Positions 19,054 through 29,416 of a stretch of 64,000 nt of DNA are shown piece by piece; the stretch's first letter is position 1; every line of letters starts with the position of its first letter. Position numbers and translations under genes: made by a program. Source of the stretch: an uncultured delta proteobacterium (GTDB lineage Bacteria > Bdellovibrionota > FAC87 > UBA2466); assembly GCA_963778115.1 (NCBI GenBank), contig CAVZSV010000005.1, positions 288,001-352,000 of the forward strand. Direction: 5' to 3'. A model generated the notes under the pieces. It searched no databases and was not told the origin of the DNA. It saw only the letters and a program-made list of their open reading frames with translations.

Positions 19054-20664
19054 TCACCCATCGATAGTTGTATCGCGGAAATCCCAGAGTTCAATAGGGT
19101 TTTGTTTAAGGCCATGAATATTGGCCTGTTTGAGTAACGGCCTAGAGGGGAGAAATAGGGGAATGGCAACCGCATCTTGCCGTACCAAGATGGCCTCGGC
19201 CGTTCGAAGCCCCTCTTGCCAGTGGGTCATATCCGTCTGAGTAGAAGCCGTAAGAAGTGCTTGATCGTACGCCCGATCTCTCCCGTGCAACGTGCTATCG
19301 GACAACACCGATAGCCCCTGGCTGGGCGATAAAGGATCATCTTTCACCAGGACCAATTGGATCGGTAAATTCTCTAAAGGAACTTTGCCCGTCGGCACCA
19401 CATCGACGATGATGCCCAAATTCTTTGCCCACTGGGCCTGAAGATTGCTAGCCACTGCCGGCGAGATGACCTGGGGATCGTAGCCCAACGACGTTCTTGA
19501 AATTCCTTTCAACGAGGTTTCCGATGGTGGCCTGCTTCCCCCTGGCTCATAGACAAAGGGCTCAAGCAATTGCCTTGCCTCTTCGGGGGAGTACGAATTT
19601 TCACTTGCCGTCGCTGGAGAGGTCAGGGGCAACAACCCCATCGCGATCTCGGCCAGCGGATCGATAAATCGGGGCAGCTCGTCCTTCTGAAGCGATCGGA
19701 TAAAAGCTTGGCGGGCAGCAATGTTCTGAAAGGGACGTCGCGACGCATTAAAGAGCAGGGTGACCACGGAAAGTTTGCGTTCGGAGGACAGAAGCGGGTG
19801 GTTGCGTAGTTCGGTCCGATACGTGTCGGGCAGCTCATCTACCAGATCGGCCTCCCCAGCCAAAAAGAGGTCGACCCGAGTTGACGCTCTGGGCTCGACT
19901 CGGACACGCAGTCCGTGCAAAGCGATCTGACCTCCGTGATAAAGCGAGTTAGGCAAATAATAGTACTCGTTTTCGGTTTGATGATCCAAACGCAACGGCC
20001 CCAAGGTCACCGGATTCTCTTTTTGAAAATCGGGAAAGCGTGTTGGCCACGTGGCCGGATGGGCGAAGGCCGCCGGAAAGTTTGGCATGGGGGCCTCTAG
20101 CGTTAAGCGAAGTGTCAAAGCGTCCTTCTCTTCAATTCCTACCTCTTCGAAAGCGACTTTCCCTTCGGCAAAGGACTTAGCGTTGCGGATGGGGAATAGC
20201 AGAGAAGCGTATGGATTCTTTGCGGCGTTGAGCAAAAGACGCTTCCATGCCTGTAAGAAATGAATCGATCGCAACGGAGTTCCATCCGACCAAAGGACGT
20301 TGGGACGCAACCGGAATTCAAAACAGGTTGGTGACTCGGCCGACCAACGCGAGGCCAAAGCTTCGTGAACTTGAATTCCCGAATCATCACTGGAGAGACG
20401 GACAAGCCCTTCCATCACCAAAGAGGCATGTTGCAAGCTGGCGCGATCGGAAGCCAGTGTCCAATCAAACGTTTCAGGTTTGTTTTCGACAAGCCAACGG
20501 ATACTACTCGTTTTTTTCGTCGATAGATCGTGCAAGTGACCGAGTTGGCAACTTGACAGGCAGAAAAAGAGGAATGCCAGAGAGAAAAAAGAAAAAAAAT
20601 ACTTGCGAAACCCCGAAAACTGCCAACCCATTGCGGTACCATACCACAATTTTTGTTTGACCAT
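19054..20664 (-). CDS. second, divergent peptide ABC substrate-binding lipoprotein (family 5)
   Basis: Lipobox LSSC; ALASRW, FRLRPNVLWSDGTP, TLGP, RPF. Confidence 0.85.
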   Translation of the reverse strand: MVKQKLWYGTAMGWQFSGFRKYFFSFFSLAFLFFCLSSCQLGHLHDLSTKKTSSIRWLVENKPETFDWTLASDRASLQHASLVMEGLVRLSSDDSGIQVHEALASRWSAESPTCFEFRLRPNVLWSDGTPLRSIHFLQAWKRLLLNAAKNPYASLLFPIRNAKSFAEGKVAFEEVGIEEKDALTLRLTLEAPMPNFPAAFAHPATWPTRFPDFQKENPVTLGPLRLDHQTENEYYYLPNSLYHGGQIALHGLRVRVEPRASTRVDLFLAGEADLVDELPDTYRTELRNHPLLSSERKLSVVTLLFNASRRPFQNIAARQAFIRSLQKDELPRFIDPLAEIAMGLLPLTSPATASENSYSPEEARQLLEPFVYEPGGSRPPSETSLKGISRTSLGYDPQVISPAVASNLQAQWAKNLGIIVDVVPTGKVPLENLPIQLVLVKDDPLSPSQGLSVLSDSTLHGRDRAYDQALLTASTQTDMTHWQEGLRTAEAILVRQDAVAIPLFLPSRPLLKQANIHGLKQNPIELWDFRDTTIDG

Positions 20665-20851
20665 GTTTTTTCCGTTTGTTAAAAGCGGTGTTTATTGCTG
20701 TAGGTGCTCCGATCGTATAGCTTTTTTTGTTTTTTGTTACGGACCCGGCCACTGACTCTGGTTCTGAACGTAACGAGGTTTCAAATTCAGCCAAAAGACT
20801 TATACGATCGGAACAACTAACGCATCCAATTAAACCGGGGAGGAAACCAAC

Positions 20852-21124
20852 ATGAATAAAGCTCAACTCGTTGAGCAGCTGGCATCAGAAATGGAAATCA
20901 CCAAAGCGGATTGCGAACGCATTCTCGATAGCACCTTGGAAACGATCAAAAAATCGGTAAAAAAGGGTGAAGATGTGACTCTCGTCGGTTTTGGCACTTT
21001 CACTCGTTCGAAGCGCAAAGCACGAATGGGTCGTAATCCACAAACAGGCGAGGCCATCAAGGTTCCAGCTTGCACCGTACCGAAATTCCGGCCCGGCAAA
21101 GCGTTCAAAGAATACTTGAATTAG
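20852..21124 (+). CDS. hup: DNA-binding protein HU
   Basis: MNKAQLV, VTLVGFGTF, RKARMGRNPQTGE, PKFRPGK; GGAGGA RBS. Confidence 0.97.
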   Translation: MNKAQLVEQLASEMEITKADCERILDSTLETIKKSVKKGEDVTLVGFGTFTRSKRKARMGRNPQTGEAIKVPACTVPKFRPGKAFKEYLN

Positions 21125-21151
21125 TTTTGTGATTCGGTTCAAGCCGATTCG

Positions 21152-21192
21152 AAAACGGCATCTTCGTTTAATCGAAGATGCCGTTTTTTTTT
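21152..21192 (+). terminator. rho-independent terminator
   Basis: AAAACGGCATCTTCG-TTTAAT-CGAAGATGCCGTTTT followed by a T run. Confidence 0.9.
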
Positions 21193-21194
21193 CT

Positions 21195-22094
21195 CTAATC
21201 TAAGAACATCCCTTGGTATACCGCGCGCGCCAGAGCTTTTTGTCCTTGTGCGGAGAGGTGGAAACAGTCGACGGCGAACTCGGAAACGTCGTAATCGGCT
21301 TTCTGAATTCCCTTTAGGTAGTGGTAACGGTTTCCCTTGGAGGACACCTTGGATGCCGCGATGGCTTCCAGTTCGTCATCCATCGCTTCAAGCTTTGGCT
21401 CCAACTCCGCTTTTAATGTTCCGGCGGCGAACTTGCGGTAATAGCTTGGGCACCAAGGAAAGAGTTTTCGCCATGAGTCTTCGCAGGTAAAGGTCCTCTC
21501 GCTGGATCTCTGCCAAACCACCCCCTGCAGCGTTTCGTAAACTCGAAAGATCTCTCCGATAGGCAGCAGAAAAAGTTGAGAGTTCTTATGGGTGGCCTCC
21601 CATTTTGAAAGGGCGCGATCCAGATAGCCACGGTATTGGGCGGCTAGCTGACTGGAGGAGGCTGGATTGCCGCACATATCGTTGTGCCCCACGAAAATAA
21701 ACGACAACGCATTTTGAGCGCTTCCCAGTGATTGCACCTCATATTCGAGGTAGTCGGTTCTCGCTCCGGTGACCGCGGCATTGCGAACCGGAATGGGTTC
21801 GCCGGGGTAAAGCATTTGGGCCAGTTGTACGGGCCACGAAAGGGCAGCCGGCTCGTGCCTTTCCAAATAGCTTCGATCGTTGCGGAGTTTGAAATTAATA
21901 AGGTCGGTGTAAATCGAACCTATCTCATCGATGGCTGGAGGTTCGGTGAGACTAGTATTGGACAAAAAGGCTTTCGTGAGCGAGTCCCCGTAAGCTTCGA
22001 TCACTTGAGGTGATTCCATTGGGATGGCGGCCGGAGCGGCTGTTGTAATAACGCCAGCTATACCACAGAAAAACAAGACTCCTAGCCGTCCCAT
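21195..22094 (-). CDS. secreted SGNH/GDSL hydrolase
   Basis: ATG 22094 after GGGGGAG; YGDSLT, NAAVTGA, GHND, DCFH. Confidence 0.88.
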   Translation of the reverse strand: MGRLGVLFFCGIAGVITTAAPAAIPMESPQVIEAYGDSLTKAFLSNTSLTEPPAIDEIGSIYTDLINFKLRNDRSYLERHEPAALSWPVQLAQMLYPGEPIPVRNAAVTGARTDYLEYEVQSLGSAQNALSFIFVGHNDMCGNPASSSQLAAQYRGYLDRALSKWEATHKNSQLFLLPIGEIFRVYETLQGVVWQRSSERTFTCEDSWRKLFPWCPSYYRKFAAGTLKAELEPKLEAMDDELEAIAASKVSSKGNRYHYLKGIQKADYDVSEFAVDCFHLSAQGQKALARAVYQGMFLD

Positions 22095-22324
22095 TAACTC
22101 CCCCCATGTAAAGACACCCCACCCCATTTTCGTAACGCGAATTGGCGGGAAGGGGAAGGGACGGCGCATTACCCAAGGTGCCTAAGGATGAATCTCAAGC
22201 CTATTCTTAAAATCCATAGCCACTGCGAATAAACACCAGCAGTAGAAACGGAACTCTTTTCCCCTTCAGGGAAAACTTTTCCCCAAGAAACACGCGCGGC
22301 AATCAAATTCCTGCGTGTTTTCCA

Positions 22325-22340
22325 TGGCACCAAGTTTGCA
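22325..22340 (+). promoter_or_regulatory. sigma-54 promoter of the flgF operon
   Basis: TGGCAC-CAAGT-TTGCA, exact consensus. Confidence 0.85.
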
Positions 22341-22415
22341 AACTTTAAAGGAAGAAGATAGGGAGAGGCTCTCTATCTACTCTTCGGAAAACTCCCCTTC
22401 AAACTAAAGCATAAA

Positions 22416-23306
22416 ATGGACAAAGGAATCTACACGGCACTTTCGGGCGGAATTGCAAAGTCGCACGAATTGGAGCTGCTCTCCAATAACTTAGCCAACG
22501 TAAATACTCCGGGTTTTAAGCGCGATGCGGGGACGTTCAATGAATACCTCACGGAGTTACGGCGTCCCGATAGTGTTGAAGGATTGAAACGCCAAATTAC
22601 GGCGGAGACCATGCTCGAAGGGCGTCCCTCTGGTGATAAGAGTTTCGTCGAAATGGATAGCGTTTATACCAATTTTTCTCAAGGGCCCTTGGAAAAGACC
22701 AACCGAACGCTGGACGTAGGGCTTGAAGGAAACGGATTTTTTGAGGTTCTGACACCCGCCGGCGTTCGTTACACTCGGGGAGGAAATTTTAGCATTGGAG
22801 CCGATGGCCGTTTGGTGACGGTGAACGGATTTCCGGTGCTTGGCTCCGCGATGGAGAGCCCCAAAGAGAATCGAAGTGTCGTTTTGACGACCACGGGAAG
22901 AACGATAAGTTCAGGTCCTGACACTGAAGACGTGGCTCCCGTTGCCCCTCCGGAACAAAGAATTATTCAGTTAGGACAGGCCCCCGTGCAGATCAACGAG
23001 AACGGAGAGATCTACCAAGGCGGCAGGCGGGTAGGGATGCTCTCTATTCAGGAATTTAAAGAGAGCCAATGGCTGGAAAAGGTCGGTAGCTCTTATTATC
23101 GAAATGCCAGACAGGAGAATCTGGCCGATGGGCCTGTTCAGACCAAAGCGCACCAAGGATTTCTAGAAGGCAGTAACGTAAATCCGGTTGCCGAAATGAC
23201 TAAGCTTATTGACGTCACGCGTGCCTATGAATCTCACATGCAAGCTATCAAGACTTATCAGGAGATGGATGGCCGCACTGTGAACGATATTGCTCGAGAA
23301 CGCTAA
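22416..23306 (+). CDS. flgF: flagellar basal-body rod protein FlgF
   Basis: GIYTALSG, SNNLANVNTPGFK, YTRGGNF, QGFLEGSNVNPVAEM. Confidence 0.9.
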   Translation: MDKGIYTALSGGIAKSHELELLSNNLANVNTPGFKRDAGTFNEYLTELRRPDSVEGLKRQITAETMLEGRPSGDKSFVEMDSVYTNFSQGPLEKTNRTLDVGLEGNGFFEVLTPAGVRYTRGGNFSIGADGRLVTVNGFPVLGSAMESPKENRSVVLTTTGRTISSGPDTEDVAPVAPPEQRIIQLGQAPVQINENGEIYQGGRRVGMLSIQEFKESQWLEKVGSSYYRNARQENLADGPVQTKAHQGFLEGSNVNPVAEMTKLIDVTRAYESHMQAIKTYQEMDGRTVNDIARER

Positions 23307-23344
23307 GAAACACCAAGAGATCTTGAATTGAAGGAGACTCGTCT

Positions 23345-24127
23345 ATGATTACAGCGCTTAATGCCGCCTCGTCGGGAATGGAAGCCCAAATGGCGCAGAT
23401 CGACAACATTTCAAACAATCTGGCCAACGTAAATACGACGGGCTACAAACGCACGCGTGCTGAGTTTCAAGATCTACTCTACGAAACGCTGCAAGAGCCG
23501 GGTGCTAACACTTCAGCAACTACGCAATCTCCCTTAGGCATTCAACGCGGAATGGGAGTTAAGGTGGCCGGCACTCAGAGAAACTTTGAAATGGGGCAGA
23601 TCCAAAGTACGGGGCGAGATCTCGACCTTATGGTCCGGGGGGAAGGGTTTTTTGTCGTTCAGCTCCCCAATGGCCAGACCGGATTTAAACGGGATGGAAC
23701 CTTTTATCGATCGAGTCTAGGACGGGTCGAGACTTTGGAAGGGTATCCTATTCAGCCCGAGGTTGTCGTTCCTCCCAATGCCAAGAAAATCGAAATCGCC
23801 GAAGATGGAACGGTTACCGTTGCCATTTCCGATGCGGATAGAGTCCAGATTGGCCAGATTCAGTTAGCCACTTTTGTTAATAACGGCGGTCTAAAAGCGC
23901 TGGGCAAAAATATCTTTGTGGAGACGGAAGCCAGTGGACGCCCGAATTTGTCGATCCCTAATCAGGAAACGGTGGGAGCTGTAATGCAAGGGCATTTGGA
24001 AGGATCCAATGTCGACGTCGTTAAAGAGATGACCGACATGATATCGGCTCAACGGGCTTTCGAAATGAATTCAAAAGTCGTCCAAGCCGTTGATCAAGTT
24101 CTTCAACACACGGTGAACGTACGATGA
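23345..24127 (+). CDS. flgG: flagellar distal rod protein FlgG
   Basis: SNNLANVNTTGYKR, FQDLLYE, ETEASG, QGHLEGSNVDVVKEM; 260 aa. Confidence 0.95.
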   Translation: MITALNAASSGMEAQMAQIDNISNNLANVNTTGYKRTRAEFQDLLYETLQEPGANTSATTQSPLGIQRGMGVKVAGTQRNFEMGQIQSTGRDLDLMVRGEGFFVVQLPNGQTGFKRDGTFYRSSLGRVETLEGYPIQPEVVVPPNAKKIEIAEDGTVTVAISDADRVQIGQIQLATFVNNGGLKALGKNIFVETEASGRPNLSIPNQETVGAVMQGHLEGSNVDVVKEMTDMISAQRAFEMNSKVVQAVDQVLQHTVNVR

Positions 24128-24822
24128 GAAGACTTAAGGTTATTGGCATTCTGATCCCAGGGGTTTTGCTGGGGATAACACTTGCGGCAAGTCCGGTTCA
24201 AAAAGGCGACGCTAACGCTCAATGGGGTGATGCTCGAGCTCAAATCTCGGGGTGGCTTTCCAAAGATCTCGCTCCCGGTATAGAGATTGAAGTGCAAAGC
24301 GTCCATTTTGAAGAGCCTCTTCCTAAAGATGCCCTGCTTCTCGATTTTAGTCCTAGACCTCCGTTTGGTCTCATCACGATCGAGGTCACCACCCCAAACC
24401 GATCGAGGCCTATTTACGGAACTGCCGTCATCAAAGCCTTTGCCAAAATTGCGGTGGCTAAAGTTGCGATTCGTCACGGAGAGAATATTTCCAATTCGCA
24501 AATCAGATTTGAGCGGCGCGAGCTAACTCCTTTAGGGCAGGTGGGTTATTTTCTGGCTGACTCAGGCGTTACGAGTCTACGGGCCCGAGGGTTTGTTCGT
24601 CCCGGCGCGGTCCTAAGTGGTGCCAACACAGAGAGTCCCTCCGCGGTGGAGAGAGGACAAGAGCTCGATCTTATCACTCGAAAAGGGGCATTGGTGGTGA
24701 CGGCCCGAGTGAAAGCCTTGGGCAGCGGACGGGTCAATGATTGGATACAAGTAGAGAACTTGGACTCTCACCGCATCTTGTCCGTGCGAGTGGCCGGCAA
24801 TGGTGAGGCGGAAACGAGGTAA
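24124..24822 (+). CDS. flgA: P-ring formation chaperone FlgA
   Basis: Signal peptide, SAF-like region, AVERG, KALGSGRVNDWIQVENLDS; gene order. Confidence 0.88.
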   Translation: MRRLKVIGILIPGVLLGITLAASPVQKGDANAQWGDARAQISGWLSKDLAPGIEIEVQSVHFEEPLPKDALLLDFSPRPPFGLITIEVTTPNRSRPIYGTAVIKAFAKIAVAKVAIRHGENISNSQIRFERRELTPLGQVGYFLADSGVTSLRARGFVRPGAVLSGANTESPSAVERGQELDLITRKGALVVTARVKALGSGRVNDWIQVENLDSHRILSVRVAGNGEAETR

Positions 24823-24824
24823 GG

Positions 24825-25535
24825 ATGGATTTCATACAAGTCATTATCTTAGGCGTATGTCTAATCATGAGTCTTTCGGGATGTGCTGGATGGTTTCATC
24901 CTCGAGAAATTGCGATCGCCGCACCCGTTAAGGCCGTTCCCTTGCCTCCTCAGGAACCTCCCAAGGCGCAGAATATTGGCTCCATCTGGAGTGAAGGCTC
25001 AAAGTGGAATGACCTTTATTCGGGAAAAGAATCGCGGGAAATTGGCGATCTTATTCTTCTAAATCCCACCGATGGCTTTCGCATCGCGGTGGCGGAGAGA
25101 AAACACCAGAGTGCTGTTCAAGTCACTAGCTACGATCGCGAAAATAGTCACATCGTGGGAAGGATTAAGCAAGTGCTGTCACGGGGAGTTTATTCAGTCG
25201 AAGGGCATCAGGGACTTACGGTGGGGGGGCGATATTATGAGGTCAGGCTGTCGGGAAAGGTGAGGGAGCAAGACATTGCTCCTGATGATACTGCTTCGAC
25301 CGATAGTCTGTTTGAGCTTTCGTTCCTTGTGGACTCGGATACTTCCGACCCCGACGCGCACCTGGCTAAATCGGAGGTGAGTGGAAAGTCCAAGTCTAAC
25401 GACAAAGCACCAGACAAAAGCGACGACAAAGCAGACGAAAAGTCCAAAGAGAAAGCGAAGGACGTAGCAACCGACAAAGTCGTAACACCTGCGTCTCCCC
25501 AAGTGGCGGTCAAGGACGCGGAGGACAATCGATGA
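24825..25535 (+). CDS. flgH: flagellar L-ring protein FlgH, divergent
   Basis: Lipobox LSGC, GSIW, IGDLI, LSGKVREQDI; lies between flgA and flgI. Confidence 0.75.
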   Translation: MDFIQVIILGVCLIMSLSGCAGWFHPREIAIAAPVKAVPLPPQEPPKAQNIGSIWSEGSKWNDLYSGKESREIGDLILLNPTDGFRIAVAERKHQSAVQVTSYDRENSHIVGRIKQVLSRGVYSVEGHQGLTVGGRYYEVRLSGKVREQDIAPDDTASTDSLFELSFLVDSDTSDPDAHLAKSEVSGKSKSNDKAPDKSDDKADEKSKEKAKDVATDKVVTPASPQVAVKDAEDNR

Positions 25536-26605
25536 AAAAGATATTTCTTTTAGGGCTAATAGCGAGCTCGGTTTGCTTCGGTGTTCGTCTAAAGGACTTA
25601 GCTACGGTTCGCGGAATGAAGGACAACCAGTTGATGGGGTACGGAGTGGTAGTGGGATTACCTGGTACCGGAGATCGAGCGAGTGAATTTACGGAGACTT
25701 CATTGGATACCGCCCTTAGAGGTCTGGGCGTAGATCCGAAAACACAAAGACTGGGAACTAAAAATTCCGCGGCCGTCATTGTGACCGCGATCCTACCTCC
25801 CTTTACCCGGGCTGGTGCCAAATTAGATGTCATTGTATCGTCGATTGGAAGCGCTAGCTCCCTAGAAGGCGGATCTTTGATGATGACTCCTTTAAAAGGC
25901 GCTGATGGAAAGGTCTACGCGATTGCTGCGGGACGGCTAGGAGTGACTCGCCGAGCGGAAAGAAGTACCAGTGCTTTTCAGTCGATGCTAAGTACGGTTA
26001 TTCCTCAAGCTGCCATTCTAGAACGGGACGTCAGCTTCAATTTTGCCGACATCAAAAGCCTTAAGTATCAACTCTCGCAACCAGACTTCACGACGGCTGC
26101 CCGAATTTCGCAGAAAATTAACGAAGAGTTGGGGGGCAAATACGCCACAGCAACCGATCCGGGAACGGTTGACGTCATTCTTCCTTACGGCCTGGATGAA
26201 AATCCGGTAGATGTCGTAGCACGGATTGAAAGCGTCGATATTGAGCCGGACCGGCGTGCGGTCGTCGTGGTGAATCGCAAGAGTGGAACGGTAGTGCTGG
26301 GGGAGAATGTTCATGTCTACCCTGTCGCGATCGCCCACAATAATTTACGCATCCTCATCAAAGACGACGCTCGAAATCCCTCGGCCGACAATCCTAATGC
26401 TGACCCGGTAAGAGCGGGGCAGGGCGAGCTAACCCCGGTTCCCACCAAGCCAACTCGGCAAGTGGAATTTGCGACGCGCGGTACCAGCATCGCTGACGTA
26501 GTGACAAGCTTAAACGAAGTCGGGGCGTCGCCCGATGATTTGGTCTTCTTGATCAAATCGCTTCAGGAGACGGGCGCTTTAGTGGCGGAATTGGAGCTCA
26601 AATAG
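25532..26605 (+). CDS. flgI: flagellar P-ring protein FlgI
   Basis: RLKDLA, NQLMGYGVVVGLPGTGD, DFTTA, VVVNRKSGTVVLG. Confidence 0.97.
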   Translation: MKKIFLLGLIASSVCFGVRLKDLATVRGMKDNQLMGYGVVVGLPGTGDRASEFTETSLDTALRGLGVDPKTQRLGTKNSAAVIVTAILPPFTRAGAKLDVIVSSIGSASSLEGGSLMMTPLKGADGKVYAIAAGRLGVTRRAERSTSAFQSMLSTVIPQAAILERDVSFNFADIKSLKYQLSQPDFTTAARISQKINEELGGKYATATDPGTVDVILPYGLDENPVDVVARIESVDIEPDRRAVVVVNRKSGTVVLGENVHVYPVAIAHNNLRILIKDDARNPSADNPNADPVRAGQGELTPVPTKPTRQVEFATRGTSIADVVTSLNEVGASPDDLVFLIKSLQETGALVAELELK

Positions 26606-26618
26606 TTTTGAGGAGATT

Positions 26619-26921
26619 ATGAAAATCAATACTATTCCCAAGCACTTGGTAGAGAGTCTAAAGCCAGAGCAAAAGGGTGAGAGGGTGAATGAAAAGTTGA
26701 TGAAAATTTCAAAGCAGTTCGAATCACTCTTTGTAAATCAACTCGTCGGGGAGATGCGCAAGACAGTAACTCACGGGGGGCTAGTACCTGAAAGCCAGGG
26801 TGAGAAGATCTACCAATCCATGTTGGACTATGAATATTCCCAAAAGATAGCTGACACAGGTCAGTTGGGCCTGTCGCGATTGATTTATGACAGTTTATTG
26901 CGCAAGACCCGAGGAGAATGA
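26619..26921 (+). CDS. flgJ: FlgJ, rod-binding domain only
   Basis: QFESLFVNQLVGEMRKTV, IYQSMLDYEY, LGLS; 100 aa, no muramidase domain. Confidence 0.88.
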   Translation: MKINTIPKHLVESLKPEQKGERVNEKLMKISKQFESLFVNQLVGEMRKTVTHGGLVPESQGEKIYQSMLDYEYSQKIADTGQLGLSRLIYDSLLRKTRGE

Positions 26922-26999
26922 TAGACTTGAAAAGTACCGGCCGCATCCCATCATTTGCTCTCGGCACTCAACGGCACTACACTCTTTAGGAGGTTGACC

Positions 27000-27329
27000 A
27001 TGAAGGTCAATACCAATGCCCCGCACAACGCGAACACGGCGATAGAACGTCCCGGAGCGGCTCAAAAGAATCAGCCTACGTCTGAAGCGCAAGGCAAGCC
27101 CTCCGCTGCCGCCATCGGTTCTAGCTCTCAAGTTGAGATTTCCGAAAAGGCCCGGCTTATGCAAAAAGCCGCTGAAATAGCGGGAGCTACTCCCGAAGTT
27201 CGTAAAGATAAGATAGCCGCGCTTAAAAAGAGCATTGGTGAAGGCTCCTATCAGGTGGATAGTGCCGCTATCGCCGATAAGCTCGTGGACGAACATCTCC
27301 AAAGTTCATTCGGAAAGAATAACCTGTAG
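27000..27329 (+). CDS. flgM: anti-sigma-28 factor FlgM
   Basis: ATG 27000 after AGGAGG; VEISEKA, VRKDKIAALKKSIGEGSYQVDSAAIADKL. Confidence 0.92.
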   Translation: MKVNTNAPHNANTAIERPGAAQKNQPTSEAQGKPSAAAIGSSSQVEISEKARLMQKAAEIAGATPEVRKDKIAALKKSIGEGSYQVDSAAIADKLVDEHLQSSFGKNNL

Positions 27330-27476
27330 TTCTGACTTAAGCAGTCTCAAGTCACAGTCTTTTGTCTTTGGCACAATGGACATTCCTTTCAGCACCTGAA
27401 GTGTGTCAGGGTATTGACGAATTTTCGATAATTCCTGGCGACCACTTCTGGTTAACTCTCACGTGGAAGACAACCT

Positions 27477-27947
27477 ATGAGCGATCCTATCTTAAACCTT
27501 TTCCAATTAAGCGATGAGTGCGTTCAATTAGCCAATGAACTGCATAAATGTTTCGACGCCGAAAGATCGGCTCTCATCCACTTTAAGACCGAAGAACTTC
27601 TGGAGGCCAATCGCCGGAAAGAAGAGTACTTGGCACTTCTTATTGAAAAGCGAGAAGAGCTTCGCCGTTTTATTGCAGAAAATTTTCAAGAGGGAAATCC
27701 CGAACCCTGGTTGACGGATGCGGATAATCGAACATGGGCGCGGAAACAAGAAGAGTGGGTACAGGCTTGGGAGCGGTTGCGGCGAACCTGCGAATCCAAT
27801 CAAGAGTTTCTCAAACATAGCCTTCGCAATCTGGACATGCTTGCCGAAAACCTGACCCGTCTTTTCGGTCTACACAGCGTTTACTCCAACAAAGGGACCC
27901 GAGTGGATCGCAAACCCCACGGCAACGTGGTCGAAGGGAGCTACTAG
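27477..27947 (+). CDS. flgN: flagellar export chaperone FlgN
   Basis: Helical 156 aa protein between flgM and flgK; ERSALI, N..FLKHSL, VYSNKG. Confidence 0.8.
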   Translation: MSDPILNLFQLSDECVQLANELHKCFDAERSALIHFKTEELLEANRRKEEYLALLIEKREELRRFIAENFQEGNPEPWLTDADNRTWARKQEEWVQAWERLRRTCESNQEFLKHSLRNLDMLAENLTRLFGLHSVYSNKGTRVDRKPHGNVVEGSY

Positions 27948-27948
27948 A

Positions 27949-29394
27949 GTGGGAATTGGTGATATATTCGAAATCGGAAATCAGGGATTGCAGGCAAGCC
28001 GCCAGTCTCTGCAGACGACTTCTAACAACATCGCCAATGCCAATACGCCGGGCTACTCCCGCCAGCGCCCCGTCGTAGAATCTAGGAGTCAGACGGTAAC
28101 TGACGGGGTGGTTTTAGGTGGCGGGGTCAACGTGCCTCGCGTAATCCGGGTTCACGATGCTTTTGTCGATCGCCAATTGACCGACGAGTTAAGAGAATAT
28201 GGAACCGCTAAGATCCGCTCCGAGGGGTTAGCCCACGTCGAGTCGCTGCTTCATAAAGGCGACTTCGAAATTGGGGATCTCACCAATAAATTCTTCAATA
28301 GCTACCGAGAACTCTCCGCCAACCCCGAAACGCCGTCCTTACGTGTGACGGTTGCCGCAGCTGCAAAATCTGCCGCTCAGGGCTTTCGCGGCCTTTCCAC
28401 CCAATTAGACGCTCTAAAAAGTGACCTCGACACCAGGCTAACGCAAACGGTGGAAGGGGTAAACTCTATGACCAAGGAGCTAGCAAGCCTTAACGTGAAG
28501 ATCGAAAGGTTTGAATTGCAGGGAATGACTCCCAATGAGCTCTTAGATCGCAGGGATGCCGTAGTTCGGGATTTATCTCAAAAATTAGGGTATCCCGTCA
28601 TCACCAATGAGCAGGGGCATGTCAATTTTGGAGCCACGGGTATCGGGGCTCTGGTGAATTCCGGAGAAGCGAATGATTTGGTAGTGGCGAGAACTCCCGC
28701 TGATGGAAAAAAGGCGGCAGGCGCTTTAGATATTTTCGTTAAGGATGCTTTTGGACTTCACAAAGTGACAGGAACGTTTAAAGACGGCGAAATTGCGGGA
28801 ATGATCGAAGTTCGAGACGACGTGGTAAACGAAACAAAACAGGAGTTGGATCGAGCGGCTTTTGAGTTTTCTAAAGCGGTCAATGATGTTCACAAGACCG
28901 GATACGGTGCCGACGGCAGTGGCGGTAAGGCCCTATTTACTGAGTTTGAAGGTCCCACGGGTGCTGCTGAAAAAATCGATGTGAGTGATGATGTGAAAAA
29001 CAACTCTCAAGCGATTGCGGCTGCCATGGACAGCCATTCGGCGGGAGATAATCGGATAGCGCTTCAGATAGCGGATCTGCAGAATAAGGCTCTATTGCCG
29101 CCATCGGGAGCCAAGCTAAACGATGAGGAATCGAATCGTTCTTTTACTCTTAACGAATCTTTAAACTCTTTGATGGGAGGGATTGCTAACCAGACCGCCG
29201 AAGAGAAGCAAATGTTCGACCACCAAGAGGCAATCATGGGCCAATTGGAGAACTATCGCCAGTCGGTATCGGGAGTTTCATTGGAAGAAGAGGCCCTGCA
29301 TATGATGCAGAATCAAGCGGTATTTAACGCTTCGGCTAAGACGATGAAGATGGGCGACGAGTTGTTACAGACGATCCTAAGTTTAAAGGCGTAG
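27949..29394 (+). CDS. flgK: hook-associated protein FlgK
   Basis: SNNIANANTPGYSRQ, PNELLDRRD, GDNRIA, SVSGVSLEEE. Confidence 0.95.
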   Translation: MGIGDIFEIGNQGLQASRQSLQTTSNNIANANTPGYSRQRPVVESRSQTVTDGVVLGGGVNVPRVIRVHDAFVDRQLTDELREYGTAKIRSEGLAHVESLLHKGDFEIGDLTNKFFNSYRELSANPETPSLRVTVAAAAKSAAQGFRGLSTQLDALKSDLDTRLTQTVEGVNSMTKELASLNVKIERFELQGMTPNELLDRRDAVVRDLSQKLGYPVITNEQGHVNFGATGIGALVNSGEANDLVVARTPADGKKAAGALDIFVKDAFGLHKVTGTFKDGEIAGMIEVRDDVVNETKQELDRAAFEFSKAVNDVHKTGYGADGSGGKALFTEFEGPTGAAEKIDVSDDVKNNSQAIAAAMDSHSAGDNRIALQIADLQNKALLPPSGAKLNDEESNRSFTLNESLNSLMGGIANQTAEEKQMFDHQEAIMGQLENYRQSVSGVSLEEEALHMMQNQAVFNASAKTMKMGDELLQTILSLKA

Positions 29395-29416
29395 TTAATG
29401 TCCGAATAAGATCAAA

